Shown: positions 52,282 to 63,242, counted from the first letter of the whole stretch. The stretch: DNA of 63,997 bases, filler included, from an uncultured Methanosarcinales archaeon (GCA_964434475.1; 3 parts of 3 records of this genome joined end to end with filler, not necessarily neighbours in it); one strand, 5' to 3'. The notes: generated by a model from the letters alone, not told the origin. Translations and numbers: made by a program.

Positions 52282-52737
52282 ATGTCAAGAATGCATTCAA
52301 ATACAAAAGGAAAATCAGGATCCAATAGGCCTGAAAAAAGAACCAAACCAGTATGGACAAGGTATGGAAATAAAGAGATAGTCCTACTTATAAAAAAGCT
52401 TTCTAAAGAAGGCAATTCGCCAAGCCAGATAGGAACCATATTAAGGGACGTATACGGGATTCCTGATGTAAGGCCCATAATCAACAAAAAAATTACAAAA
52501 GTTCTAAAAGAGAACAAACTTACAGGAAAATTTCCTGAAGATCTTATGGCATTGATTAGAAAAGCGATCTTTGCAAAAAAGCATATAGAGTCAAACGGAC
52601 AGGACAAGACAGCATTAAGAGGACTGCAATTAACAGAAAGCAAGATAAAGAGACTTGTAAAATATTACATAAAAAGAAAAGTCCTGCCAGAAGACTGGAA
52701 ATACGATCCAAAAAGACTGAAGATGTATGCTGAATAG
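52282..52737 (+). CDS. rps15: 30S ribosomal protein uS15 (archaeal S15/S13e)
   Basis: MSRMHS..KGKSGS, PSQIG.ILRD.YGIP, PEDL, ESKIKRLVKYY. Confidence 0.97.
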   Translation: MSRMHSNTKGKSGSNRPEKRTKPVWTRYGNKEIVLLIKKLSKEGNSPSQIGTILRDVYGIPDVRPIINKKITKVLKENKLTGKFPEDLMALIRKAIFAKKHIESNGQDKTALRGLQLTESKIKRLVKYYIKRKVLPEDWKYDPKRLKMYAE

Positions 52738-52760
52738 ATCTTTTTTATTTTTCTTTTAAG

Positions 52761-54125
52761 ATGTATGAAAAATTTAAAAATAGAATAGAAGAATCTGCAA
52801 AGTTTTTCAAAGAGCTTAAGCAGCCGATAAGAATAGTAAGCCATCTGGATTCAGACGGAATATCAGCAGCAGCTATAATAAGCAAGCTGATGAAGCTTGA
52901 AGATAAAAGCTTTGCATTGAGCATAGTAAAGCAATTAGAGGAAACCTTTGTTCAGGAACTGTCCTATGAAGATTATGAGACATATATATTTACAGATATG
53001 GGGAGCGGACAGGTCAAATTCCTTAACAAATACCTCGACAACAAAAACATAATCATACTTGATCATCACACGCCACAGAACAAAGAACAATATGACAATA
53101 TTACACACATAAATCCTCATTTCTTTGATATAGACGGAGGAAGAGAAATATCAGGCGCAGGTGTAACATTTCTCTTTGCAAGAGCAGTAAACAAGAAAAT
53201 AGATGATTATGCGCATCTTGCGATAATAGGCGCCATTGGTGATGTACAGGAAAATAACGGATTCAGAGGTTTGAACAAAGAAATATTACAAATTGCAGTT
53301 AAAAAAAGAAAGATAATCATCAAACAGGATCTGAAGCTATACGGAGCATTCAGAAGAAGCATAGTTAAGATACTGGAATACAGCGACGATATCAAAGGTA
53401 TAAGCGGAAATTATGATGCAGCAGCAAACTTCCTAAAAAATTTGAACATAGATACAAGAAAAAAACTGTATGAACTGAGTGAGAAAGAAAAAAATAGTCT
53501 AAAAGAGTCATTATCATCCCGAAAAACCAACATAATAGGGCCTGTTTATGTGCTTCCCGATGAAAAACCAGACAGCCCTTTCAGAGATATAAGAGAATTT
53601 TCTACGCTATTGAACGCATGCGGGAGGCTTGAGAAACAAGACATAGGGATCGCTGCATGTTTAGGAAATAAAGATGCAAAGATAATAGCGATGCATACAT
53701 TAACAAGCTATAAACAGGATTTGTTGAATGCTATAAACTGGTTCAAAGAAAACAAAAATAAGAACAAGGATATAATCAACAATAACAACTATGTGATAAT
53801 AAATGCAAAAGAGAACATATCACCAAATATAGCAGGAACATTGGCTTCTATAATCTCAAAAAGTTCAAACTATAGTTATGATTTCGTGATTACATTAGCC
53901 CAAAACATGATAGGCAGAACAAAAATAAGCTTTAGATTAGGAAGAAATAAAAAACAGGATCTAAGACCTTTAGCAAAATCTATATTAGAGAACATAGAAG
54001 GTGCAGAATACGGAGGACACTATACTGCTGTCGGAGCGATAATACCTACTAAGTATGAAGAAAAATTTATGGAAAATGCTGACGCACTGCTGGAAAGAAT
54101 AAGCCTGGAAGAAAACATTGAATGA
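52761..54125 (+). CDS. RecJ-like DHH exonuclease
   Basis: SHLDSDG, LDHH, GAIGD, LLNACGR, GGHYTAVG; position after rps15 as in many archaea. Confidence 0.9.
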   Translation: MYEKFKNRIEESAKFFKELKQPIRIVSHLDSDGISAAAIISKLMKLEDKSFALSIVKQLEETFVQELSYEDYETYIFTDMGSGQVKFLNKYLDNKNIIILDHHTPQNKEQYDNITHINPHFFDIDGGREISGAGVTFLFARAVNKKIDDYAHLAIIGAIGDVQENNGFRGLNKEILQIAVKKRKIIIKQDLKLYGAFRRSIVKILEYSDDIKGISGNYDAAANFLKNLNIDTRKKLYELSEKEKNSLKESLSSRKTNIIGPVYVLPDEKPDSPFRDIREFSTLLNACGRLEKQDIGIAACLGNKDAKIIAMHTLTSYKQDLLNAINWFKENKNKNKDIINNNNYVIINAKENISPNIAGTLASIISKSSNYSYDFVITLAQNMIGRTKISFRLGRNKKQDLRPLAKSILENIEGAEYGGHYTAVGAIIPTKYEEKFMENADALLERISLEENIE

Positions 54126-54164
54126 TTTACCCTGTGAAAATTATAATTTTAAAAGTATAAAAGT

Positions 54165-54491
54165 TTACCAATCAAAATTCCATCTTTCTTCATTCTCAAG
54201 AATATCAAGCCAACGTTTGTCTTCTATATCTTTTTTACCTTTCTTTTTAAGATAATCAGCTATCTTCTTTATCCTTTCTCCATTTATCTCAGTATCAACA
54301 ACAAAGCATTCGTAAAGCTTAAGGATCTCATGGAACTTTTCTACTTGTTTTAAAGTAGAGTGCTTTCGAAGAATCTTTAATTGTTCAAACAACAATCTTA
54401 TCCTCTCAGCATCATCCTGTATATCTTTCAAGAACCCAAGAACAATATCTATCTCTTTGTCAGTATCAAATTTAGTTTCTTTTTTAGACAT
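54165..54491 (-). CDS. Hypothetical protein
   Basis: 108-aa ORF. Confidence 0.55.
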   Translation of the reverse strand: MSKKETKFDTDKEIDIVLGFLKDIQDDAERIRLLFEQLKILRKHSTLKQVEKFHEILKLYECFVVDTEINGERIKKIADYLKKKGKKDIEDKRWLDILENEERWNFDW

Positions 54492-54919
54492 AATCTGAAA
54501 AATAAGAAAAGGGATTTATAAAGTTTTCGAATAATAATTTATTTGAATCATAATATTTGCCAGAACAATTTAATTTTCCTTTGTAAAAAAGAACAACATC
54601 CCTAGTTTGCTATGAGATATAACTGCAATGATAAATAATGCTGCTGTGATCAGATTATAGAATCCATATAATTAAACTCAAATTAAGTTTATTCATGAAT
54701 ATCGCCAGAACAGTAATAGAAATGCTTCCTTTGCTTTTTTAGATAGGACATCTTTCTGTTTTCATCTTTCTGTTTTTATTTTTCAAATTCTCAATCAACC
54801 GCTTTATATCTTCAGGAACAACTTTATATTAGATATTTTATATTTTCCCACATCTTTAAAAAACAAAAGATTTTCATATAGGGTATAAATAAAAAATAGT
54901 TTATAAGATTACAGCTTTT

Positions 54920-55291
54920 TCAATGCCATATACACTTGTTCTCAACACAACCGCATTCCAGACCATAATTATCAGCATTATAACATTCTCTGTAATCACA
55001 TATTGTAGTTACAGGAGCTTCTTTCTTGCCTTGGCATACTTGTCCAGAACATCCACCCTGTATGCAGTCATTATCACTATCGCAAGTATATTCGGTTGAA
55101 GAGCCGCAAAATTCTTCATCTCTTTCTTTTTCTATAATTATAGTCTGGTCCTCTTTATTATTTGATTTTTCATCATCAGATATCTGTTCATCCTGCTTTT
55201 CCTGCAATTCTTTTTCAATATTTGTTTCACAGGCAGTAAGCAGTATGAATAGGATTAAAATCAATATAATCAATCGTTTCACGATAAACAC
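54920..55291 (-). CDS. Lipoprotein with eight-cysteine-cluster domain
   Basis: LLTAC lipobox-like; FCG.ST..C..D.DC..GGCSGQVC...TTIC...C...C.C...C. Confidence 0.8.
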   Translation of the reverse strand: MFIVKRLIILILILFILLTACETNIEKELQEKQDEQISDDEKSNNKEDQTIIIEKERDEEFCGSSTEYTCDSDNDCIQGGCSGQVCQGKKEAPVTTICDYRECYNADNYGLECGCVENKCIWH

Positions 55292-55344
55292 CTCAAATAA
55301 TACATAGAAATAATAATATAAAAACTTTGCTAAAATCTTAGAAC

Positions 55345-55656
55345 CTAAACATCAATCATTTCAATCTCGATATTCAGACCTTCAGGTATAGGTACCCTCA
55401 TAACAAGCCTTAAAGCTCTTTCATCAAGACCAAGATCTATCAATCTTTTATGGATTCTCATCTCGTATTTTTCCCAAGAAGCCTTTCCTTCTCCACTAGG
55501 AGATTTTCTTGTAGTTAATTTAAGCTTTTTTGTAGGCATAGGAATAGGACCACGCATATCTACGCCTGTCTTATCTGCTATCTCGTTTATACTACTACAT
55601 ATAGCATTAACCTTGTCAATATCTGTACTTGCTAATTTTATACGCGCTTTTTGCAT
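55345..55656 (-). CDS. rps10: 30S ribosomal protein uS10
   Basis: GPIPMPTK, RKSP.GEG, RIHKRLID. Confidence 0.97.
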   Translation of the reverse strand: MQKARIKLASTDIDKVNAICSSINEIADKTGVDMRGPIPMPTKKLKLTTRKSPSGEGKASWEKYEMRIHKRLIDLGLDERALRLVMRVPIPEGLNIEIEMIDV

Positions 55657-55750
55657 TTTGTGTGATTTCCCCTCAGTTTATTTACATCATGATAAATTTC
55701 CATTCACCATGTTATTGGAAATAAAATAAAAAATAAAAACCTTATGGTTT

Positions 55751-57040
55751 TTATTGCTTTGGCACCAAGTCAATACACATACCTGCAGCAACTGTTTGTC
55801 CACTGTCTCTTATAGCGAACCTTGACATCTGAGGTATCTCTTTCTGTTTCTCGATGCACAACGGCTGAATAGGCTTAATCTTTACGATAGCTGCATCACC
55901 GTTCTTAATGAAATCAGGGTTTTCCTGTAATACTTCACCAGTTGCAGGATTTAGCTTTTTCTCGATAGCTATAACCTGGCAAGCAACCTGTGCTGTATGA
56001 ATATGGAAAACAGGCGTATATCCAACTGTAATAACGCTAGGATGATTCAAAACAACCATCTGTGCTGTGAATTCCTGAGCAATAGTAGGAACATTGTTTG
56101 TATGACCTAATACGTCTCCTCTTGCGATATCTTTCTTGCCTATACCTCTTACGTTAAATCCAACGTTATCTCCTGGTTCAGCTTCCTGATATTGCTCGTG
56201 ATGCATCTCTATAGTCTTTACTTCTCCTGATACGCCTTTACCTTCTCTTCCTGGGACAACAATAACCTTATCTCCAATCTTCATAACTCCAGTCTCAACT
56301 CTTCCAACTGGAACTACTCCAATTCCTGTAATGTTATATACGTCCTGGATTGGCAATCTCAAAGGTAATTCTCTTGGTTTTTCTGGTTCTTTCAGATCAT
56401 TTATAGTTTCCAATAATGTTTTTCCGCTATACCAACCAAGATTCTCTGATTTTTTGACAACATTATCTCCTAACAATGAAGCTATAGGTATAAATGGTAC
56501 TTCGTCAGCTTTAAAACCAACTGACTGCAACAATTTGGTTACTTCCTCTTTAACTGCATTGAACTTATCTTCTTTCCAATCAACACCTGAAATATCCATC
56601 TTGTTGATAGCTACGATCATCTGTCCTACACCAAGTGTTTTTGACAAGAATACGTGCTCTTTTGTCTGTGCATTTACTCCATCATTAGCAGCAACTACCA
56701 ATACAGCAGCATCTGCTTGACTTGCACCTGTAATCATATTCTTTATAAAATCTCTGTGACCTGGAGCATCAATTATAGTAAAGAAGTATTTCTCAGATTC
56801 AAACTTTTTGTGAGCCAAATCAATAGTTACTCCTCTTTCCTGCTCTTCTTTCAGATTATCCATTACAAAAGCGAATTCAAAGCCGCCTTTTCCCAGGCTT
56901 TCAGCTTTTTCTTTCAATTTTCTCATTGTTTGTTCATCAACTGCGCCTGAATCAAACATCAGTCTTCCAACAGTAGTTGATTTACCATGATCAACATGTC
57001 CGATAAAGACAAGGTTAACATGTGGTTTTGTTTTAGCCAT
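55751..57040 (-). CDS. tuf: Translation elongation factor aEF-1alpha
   Basis: [36 protein letters not shown]. Confidence 0.98.
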   Translation of the reverse strand: MAKTKPHVNLVFIGHVDHGKSTTVGRLMFDSGAVDEQTMRKLKEKAESLGKGGFEFAFVMDNLKEEQERGVTIDLAHKKFESEKYFFTIIDAPGHRDFIKNMITGASQADAAVLVVAANDGVNAQTKEHVFLSKTLGVGQMIVAINKMDISGVDWKEDKFNAVKEEVTKLLQSVGFKADEVPFIPIASLLGDNVVKKSENLGWYSGKTLLETINDLKEPEKPRELPLRLPIQDVYNITGIGVVPVGRVETGVMKIGDKVIVVPGREGKGVSGEVKTIEMHHEQYQEAEPGDNVGFNVRGIGKKDIARGDVLGHTNNVPTIAQEFTAQMVVLNHPSVITVGYTPVFHIHTAQVACQVIAIEKKLNPATGEVLQENPDFIKNGDAAIVKIKPIQPLCIEKQKEIPQMSRFAIRDSGQTVAAGMCIDLVPKQ

Positions 57041-57177
57041 TATTCAATCCCTCCATTTAATAAATATAAATATACCAATACCAGTCGGAATTTTGTATTG
57101 GTATTTAAAGGTTTCTGTTTCTTGTATGTGCATAGCTTAGATTAGAGCTTTTAAAGAATAAAATGGGTTTTGTCCAT

Positions 57178-57277
57178 NNNNNNNNNNNNNNNNNNNNNNN
57201 NNNNNNNNNNNNNNNNNNNNNTTAATTAATTAANNNNNNNNNNNNNNNNNNNNNNNNNNNNNNNNNNNNNNNNNNNN
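57178..57277. other. Artificial contig linker
   Basis: 100 nt of N with TTAATTAATTAA. Confidence 0.98.
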
Positions 57278-57313
57278 TGCACTAAATTTTAGGTCTTCCC
57301 GTTGGTCAGACGA

Positions 57314-57431
57314 ATATAACAGCGATTAAGAGATTCCGAAGTCTTGCAGACTTCTCCATCCAAATTGAATTTTTGGAGGTCGCTATGCTCCGCTCTCAAA
57401 AATCCAACTTCTCTTAATCGCGATGTTAGCC
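57314..57431. mobile_element. attC-like hairpin site 1
   Basis: ATATAAC-A-GCGATTAAGAGA...TCTCTTAATCGC-GA-T-GTTAGCC with branched internal stems. Confidence 0.65.
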
Positions 57432-57668
57432 AAAATTTTCTTACTGCCTCCTGTCGTCGGTAAACCTCGAGTCATTTAGATAGGTGCCTTCGTTAAATCG
57501 AGAAAAAGAAAACGGTTTTTCAATTGCTTCGCAACTAAACCTAACAATGATTTAACGGCTCATTACATTCGACCCAAATTTTTACTTACTTTAAAACAGA
57601 CGAGAGAGGGGGCTAGTGCTACGCACATATACACTCCCTGCGGTCGAATTTATTAAATAGATATTATT

Positions 57669-58406
57669 TTATTGATTGTCTTCTTTTAAATTTTTCAAGA
57701 CCATTTCTTTTATTTCTCCTGTAAAAAAAGTTTTAAACATTTGCATTACTTTCTTTTTAGGCATTTCTGTAGAATCTATTGAAACACCAAATGATTTTTT
57801 ACTTGCAGCCCAGGTCATACCAATCAAACTTCTAACTTTTGGATTATAATCTTCCCATTTCGTATCATGTTTTAATTCTAGCAATCCTTTTTTAAGTTCT
57901 TCATCGTACGGAATCTTAACTTTTCCTTCTTTTAACATCTCTTTAAAATAATCTCTTGCAGATACAAAATTTGTGGGACTTACTATTTCAAATTTTACAT
58001 CTCTTAAAACATCATTAAGAATCTGTTTTATCTGTGTTTCAGGCACTAATTCACCTTGAATTTTCTCCAATTTCAAAGATAATTCGATAATTAATAGTGC
58101 ATCATAAATGGTTAACTCATTATTTGTCATCAAATCAGTTATGTTTTGTATAATAAAACTACCTGACTTTTTTTCAACAACTATTGCATAAGATTCAGTC
58201 GGTTCAATTCCTTTTTCAGTATTTCCATTTCCTGAAACACCCATATAATTACCATCTTTTTTAGCATCATGAGTTGCAATCATCATTGCTTTCAAAATAG
58301 GATGAGGATCATAATCAGGATTTCTTTTAGTTTTAATGATAACATAATCTAAATATCCCATTATCGCTCCGTTAACATCTTCATCTATCATTTTTTTCCT
58401 CTTCAA
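57669..58406 (-). CDS. Hypothetical protein (cassette cargo)
   Basis: 245-aa ORF; start may be ATG 58391. Confidence 0.7.
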   Translation of the reverse strand: MKRKKMIDEDVNGAIMGYLDYVIIKTKRNPDYDPHPILKAMMIATHDAKKDGNYMGVSGNGNTEKGIEPTESYAIVVEKKSGSFIIQNITDLMTNNELTIYDALLIIELSLKLEKIQGELVPETQIKQILNDVLRDVKFEIVSPTNFVSARDYFKEMLKEGKVKIPYDEELKKGLLELKHDTKWEDYNPKVRSLIGMTWAASKKSFGVSIDSTEMPKKKVMQMFKTFFTGEIKEMVLKNLKEDNQ

Positions 58407-59754
58407 ATAATAATCCTATTGGCGAATTAATTATGTCTTTTTTCTTATTATAATCTAAATTAGTTTTAATCCATGAAGTTAAGCCACCAGCAATTGCAAC
58501 TCCCCCACCTACAATCCCCAATACATTTTGTGATGCTATGCCTCCCATCAAACTAATTGTTCCACCAAGTATTGCAGAAGACGATGCAGGATAATTAAAA
58601 TTAAAATCTTGCTCAATCTTTTTTAATTCAGTTTCATGCTTTTTAAAAGCTTGTCGTAAATTATAATTTACTTGACTAGCTACTTCATTAATATTATCAC
58701 AATTAGATTCTGTTATTTCTTTCCGTAGTATTTCTCGAAAATCTTGCAAACAAGATTTTTCTCTCGCAGTAATTACATCATCAATTTTTAAATTGCCAAT
58801 CCATTTAACTTTATCGAGTGTAATGCTATTTAGTATAAAAGAGTCAGAATTTATTTGATTAACTTGTTTTTGTAAAAACCATTTGTAAAAATGCCAAGAA
58901 TTAATACCATCAAAAGAATTTAACAAATTGAAACTTTGTGAAAATTTTAAATCAGATATATTTCTAACCATACTTCCTTTAACGTTAGTATAAAATGCTT
59001 CAGAAATATTATTGTTATGGCTATCTAATTCATTGGCTTGGCTTAAAAGTCCATTTAAACCAATCTTTAAGTCAGGAGAATTCAGAAGGGCTGGTTTTAA
59101 AATTTCTCTTTTTTTAATTTTAGAAGTAAAACTTTCAATTTCTGTATTGTCTGCGAGAAATTTATTTAATGATTCTTCGTCTTTGAAATTTTCATCAAAA
59201 AGCTCATTAAAATACTCAATCGTTTTAATGTCTACATCAATAAAACTAGGTTTTCCTTCTTTCCAGAAAATTGATCTGGGGATTATTCTCAGAATTGGTT
59301 TTTCAGAATCATTAATTAAAGCCTTTTTAAGGTCAAGCATATTAAAAGCATGTTTAAAGAATAGCCTATTAAACTCAAATGGACTAGTTCTTGATTTTAA
59401 TAATAATGAACTGGTTAAAGGGTCTGAAATTATATTAGTGTCAACATATAACCCAGTTTTAGCAACATAATTTTTTGCATTAAGAGGGGAGAAATCACCA
59501 CAAAAATTTGCGTTTATGCCATCTAAAGAAGAAATATCTTTTCTTAATAGCTCAGAATTTTTTTTAAAAAGTAAATTGACTTCTTCAACAATGGTATCCG
59601 ATGTTTGATACAAAATCCTTGAAGTCATAGGTTTTTTTAATAAATTCTCAACTGAACTTATTGGATCGTCTAGTTTGAAATACCTCCCATAATAATCCTC
59701 AATAATTTCAAAATATGTTTCATAGATTGATTGAATTTTGTGATTATTTCCCAT
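58381..59754 (-). CDS. Hypothetical protein with C-terminal Gly-rich hydrophobic hairpin (cargo)
   Basis: 457-aa ORF; AILGGTISLMGG...VLGIVGGGVAIAGGL. Confidence 0.75.
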   Translation of the reverse strand: MGNNHKIQSIYETYFEIIEDYYGRYFKLDDPISSVENLLKKPMTSRILYQTSDTIVEEVNLLFKKNSELLRKDISSLDGINANFCGDFSPLNAKNYVAKTGLYVDTNIISDPLTSSLLLKSRTSPFEFNRLFFKHAFNMLDLKKALINDSEKPILRIIPRSIFWKEGKPSFIDVDIKTIEYFNELFDENFKDEESLNKFLADNTEIESFTSKIKKREILKPALLNSPDLKIGLNGLLSQANELDSHNNNISEAFYTNVKGSMVRNISDLKFSQSFNLLNSFDGINSWHFYKWFLQKQVNQINSDSFILNSITLDKVKWIGNLKIDDVITAREKSCLQDFREILRKEITESNCDNINEVASQVNYNLRQAFKKHETELKKIEQDFNFNYPASSSAILGGTISLMGGIASQNVLGIVGGGVAIAGGLTSWIKTNLDYNKKKDIINSPIGLLFEEEKNDR

Positions 59755-59775
59755 TATAATTACCTATTCTATTTG

Positions 59776-60039
59776 TCATTTGATTTCTCCTATCCATTTC
59801 AAAAAAAATATAAATCCAATTATTAAACCTGCCCCAATAATTCCAGGCAATCCTGCCAACCATTCAAAAATACCGAGCCACCAAGGGATTGCAGCATCAG
59901 CAATAATCTCAGTTCCTTCTTGTAGATTATCTGGATTACCGGGTTCATTAGCATTTTTTATACTCCATGATAGTAAGCTAAAAAGTAATGGTATTGCAAC
60001 AATCAATCCAATAATAGCCCCTATTTGTTTTCCATCCAT
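59776..60039 (-). CDS. Small membrane protein (cargo)
   Basis: Hydrophobic helices at both ends; ATG 60039 just after the upstream stop. Confidence 0.65.
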   Translation of the reverse strand: MDGKQIGAIIGLIVAIPLLFSLLSWSIKNANEPGNPDNLQEGTEIIADAAIPWWLGIFEWLAGLPGIIGAGLIIGFIFFLKWIGEIK

Positions 60040-60040
60040 T

Positions 60041-61375
60041 TTAGTAATACCCACTATTTTTTCTCAATCTATAACAATGGCATCTGCCCCTCATATATCT
60101 TGTCTTAATGAATCTGTCATTTTGATAAATTGCATTTTCGACTTGATCTAAACTTAATTTCAATGCCCTGTGTATCTGATGTTTAGTTAATGCACCATGA
60201 TGTTTTAATAGATTAGCTATCATATCTACTATTTGTTCTCTTGAGTAATATGTATTTTGTTGAAAAGTTCTTTTAGAAGGTTGGGACCAAACAAATTGAT
60301 TATTACGCCTTGAAGTATTAATCTCTTTTTCTTCATATACTTCTCTTCTAGTTCCAAGATGTTCTAGAGTATCCTTTTGGTATTTTTCATTTTTCAAATT
60401 CTCTTTAATTTCACTTGCTTTATCTACTGTTTTAATAATGCCAATAGTTGTAGAGATTAAGGCCACTAAAGGTCCAGCTATTGATGATATCACTCCCAAA
60501 AATTCACTTAATAGATTTTTTAGGTCATTTAATAAACTCTTCTTTGGTTCAACATGCACATATTCAATTTGGTTAACAAGCCGCTCTAGTCTAATAATTT
60601 TAGTTTTTTCTATTTTATTCACATATCTTTTTGTATGTAATACCTTAACAATAGTTTTGAGATTATTCTTCAATACTGGTAACTGTTGTTTTTGGAATGC
60701 ATCGATTTTAGGTTTCTCTTCATCATATCCAGAATATTCATCTATCTCATTAAACTCAATTCTTTTCTCTTCTTCTTTTCCAAATACAAAAGTGAATTCA
60801 CTCTTTATTGAATTTTTAATAATTTCAAGGATTTCTTTTGCTTCCATTAAATCAAGTTCATCTAGTGACTTAGTTAACTTATTGTATCTTGAACTTAAAA
60901 AACAAGGAAAATGTTTTTGAATAATTTTTAAGTGATTTATAGAATTATTACATAATTCTCGATATTTTGGATTTAATTTCTCACTTAATTTTTCAAGACT
61001 ATCTTTAGATTCTTCGATTACCTCGTTGAATTCCTCTCTAAAAGTATAAAATCTTGGATGAATTGAGATATTATCATCACTAATCTTTATTATTACCTCA
61101 GTAATAAACGAATCATTATAATAATATTGAGTATTCTTTAAGAAAAATGTATTGTCCCCTGAAAAATTATTATTGGAAATTCTAAATTCTTTGTTTGGCG
61201 CATCAAATTGTATATTTAATTTTGTATCAGATATATTATACTTTTTTAATTCGGAACTATTAGATGTAAATATTTCATTAATTTTGTGATTTTTAACTTC
61301 ATTTTCTAAATCAATATGTAATATGATTTCCTTTTCTTTCTTCTCTAAACTTATTGTACTGATTTTATACTTCAT
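60041..61375 (-). CDS. Hypothetical protein, possible C-terminal winged HTH (cargo)
   Basis: TAATG coupling at 61375; LTKHQIHRALKL...VENAIY. Confidence 0.7.
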   Translation of the reverse strand: MKYKISTISLEKKEKEIILHIDLENEVKNHKINEIFTSNSSELKKYNISDTKLNIQFDAPNKEFRISNNNFSGDNTFFLKNTQYYYNDSFITEVIIKISDDNISIHPRFYTFREEFNEVIEESKDSLEKLSEKLNPKYRELCNNSINHLKIIQKHFPCFLSSRYNKLTKSLDELDLMEAKEILEIIKNSIKSEFTFVFGKEEEKRIEFNEIDEYSGYDEEKPKIDAFQKQQLPVLKNNLKTIVKVLHTKRYVNKIEKTKIIRLERLVNQIEYVHVEPKKSLLNDLKNLLSEFLGVISSIAGPLVALISTTIGIIKTVDKASEIKENLKNEKYQKDTLEHLGTRREVYEEKEINTSRRNNQFVWSQPSKRTFQQNTYYSREQIVDMIANLLKHHGALTKHQIHRALKLSLDQVENAIYQNDRFIKTRYMRGRCHCYRLRKNSGYY

Positions 61376-62250
61376 TATAGTTTTATCTCCCTTTCTTTCA
61401 ATCCTCGTTTTTTCATCCAATCTTTCACTCCTTCTTTAACATGCTCTAAAGCCTTTTTTTTGTTATATAATCCTGAAGTTAATTCATACATGATAGAATA
61501 TACTTTATACGCTATGATTGAAATAACCATCTCATCGGAGATTGGAGCATCTTTTTCAACTTCAAGAGTCGCCTTTCTATTTACTTTTTGGGCTTTATCT
61601 GGGCTGAAATGATAAATAGAAATTCGAACATCATTTAAGTACAGGATTTTCTTATAAAACTTCTTTAATCTAATTTGTTTTAAATAATCACTCCCTTGTT
61701 TAATAAAGCTTCCCAATGAAAAATATCTATCTTTACTTAGTTCATTAGCTTTAGTTCTATCTGTTTTATTGATCTTTCTTAATAGTTCATATTTCAGGAC
61801 ATATTCACAACAATTTATAGCCGAAGCAATCGCAGAATACCAAAGCCCCATTTCATAGGATAAATACGCCTCTTCTGCAAATCCTTTGATTAATTGAGGC
61901 ATCCTATACCAATCAGGATTGTCATCGTACCAATCTGTAATTATTACATGTGGTTCAGCATATTGTATGTGTCTTATGTCCGGAGGGGAAATCTCCTTAG
62001 GATAGATTTCTCCATTTTCATACTGAAATCTCCAAGTCCTATGATTTTTTCTAGTTTGCATTAAGAAATTGAAGGTATCTTGTTTATCTTTAGAAGTTTC
62101 TTTTTTATTCTTCTTAATTTCTTTTTCCAATTCCTTTATTTGAGGGATTAAACCTCTAATATACTTATGTTTTTCATATTCTAATTGAGTATTTGGATCA
62201 AGTGGACCAAATGTTCCTTTTCCTTGATAAACAAAATCTGCTTTTTTCAT
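61375..62250 (-). CDS. HEPN-superfamily (DUF4145-like) protein, putative RNase (cargo)
   Basis: EEA..SY..GLW.SAI......E..LK helix and RISIYH (Rx4H). Confidence 0.6.
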   Translation of the reverse strand: MKKADFVYQGKGTFGPLDPNTQLEYEKHKYIRGLIPQIKELEKEIKKNKKETSKDKQDTFNFLMQTRKNHRTWRFQYENGEIYPKEISPPDIRHIQYAEPHVIITDWYDDNPDWYRMPQLIKGFAEEAYLSYEMGLWYSAIASAINCCEYVLKYELLRKINKTDRTKANELSKDRYFSLGSFIKQGSDYLKQIRLKKFYKKILYLNDVRISIYHFSPDKAQKVNRKATLEVEKDAPISDEMVISIIAYKVYSIMYELTSGLYNKKKALEHVKEGVKDWMKKRGLKEREIKL

Positions 62251-62257
62251 GTTTTTA

Positions 62258-62956
62258 CTAAAATAATTTATTCTTAACTTTTCCCCACATCTTCTTTATT
62301 TTCATCCATATTTTTAATATAATCTTCTCATAAAAAAGCTCTTTCCCGAAATATCCCAGTCCTGAAACAAAAACACCATATATGAATATCATAAAATACA
62401 TTCCTGCAAAGAATACACTTTGATAAGCTACTGTTAATATGGGGGGAATAACAAAGTTAATTCGTTTTAAAAAATCATTTAAGATATTATCAACATTGCT
62501 TACAGCCAAAAAGATAAATAAAAACAACATGATAAGATTTACAAAGAATCTGGCTCTTTTTCTATTTTCAATAGCTTTGTCTACTTTTTCCAATAGCTTT
62601 GCAAAGATAATAAGACCTGCTATGAAATAGAAAGCATTCAAAACAACATCAAGAAAAGATAAAGTCATATCTGTATATATCTGATATGTCAGTAGTGCTA
62701 CCACTCCTGCAATTGTTGCTAAACATCCTACAAATAATACCGCTTCAAAAGATAATTCTTTATCTTGACCCCATAAAAAGTTTTTAAGAATTAATAAAAC
62801 TGCAACAGAGGTTGCTATAGAAATAAATCCTGCAAATGTTGAATTCAGCTTATTGATTGTATCAAAGCTTACCGGGAGCAAAGCTAGAAAGATTCCTAGA
62901 ACGAAAATCATTTTTTCATTCTTTTCTATAAACTTTGCTAAAGTAAGTTGAGTCAT
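62258..62956 (-). CDS. Multi-pass membrane protein (cargo)
   Basis: About six hydrophobic helices. Confidence 0.75.
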   Translation of the reverse strand: MTQLTLAKFIEKNEKMIFVLGIFLALLPVSFDTINKLNSTFAGFISIATSVAVLLILKNFLWGQDKELSFEAVLFVGCLATIAGVVALLTYQIYTDMTLSFLDVVLNAFYFIAGLIIFAKLLEKVDKAIENRKRARFFVNLIMLFLFIFLAVSNVDNILNDFLKRINFVIPPILTVAYQSVFFAGMYFMIFIYGVFVSGLGYFGKELFYEKIILKIWMKIKKMWGKVKNKLF

Positions 62957-63218
62957 TTTTACCCCCTATTGAGTTAAATATATGCTCTAGAATATAACTT
63001 TTTCGTTTTTAAATAAGAAGCCATTGTTCTTTTTCAGAAAAAGAACCAAAAACAGCCCCCTCTCTCGTCCTAACGGACATATTGTCTGCTACGCAGTAAT
63101 TGATATTAAAGTAAGTAAAAACTACGGCACCTATCTGATTCTTCGGTAGTAAGAAAACTCTGCGCTCCCTTTGGTCGCTTGGGGACGCTGCGCTTTCGTC
63201 GCTTCGCTCCTCACCCTC

Positions 63219-63242
63219 GGCTAACAGGATCCGATGTTAGTT
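63219..63242. mobile_element. Minimal attC-like site 2
   Basis: GGCTAAC-AGGATCC-GA-T-GTTAGTT; same AACA...GA-TGTTAG geometry as site 1. Confidence 0.55.

Larger units (their letters stand above)
57425..63235. mobile_element. Cassette-like unit 1: six minus-strand genes enclosed by segmented long-range inverted repeats
   Basis: Five colinear complementary blocks between 57424-57614 and 63054-63226. Confidence 0.65.

Noticed and set aside
55751..57431. Apparent linkage of the cassette array to tuf
   Set aside because: Separated by an artificial linker; the contigs appear simply concatenated
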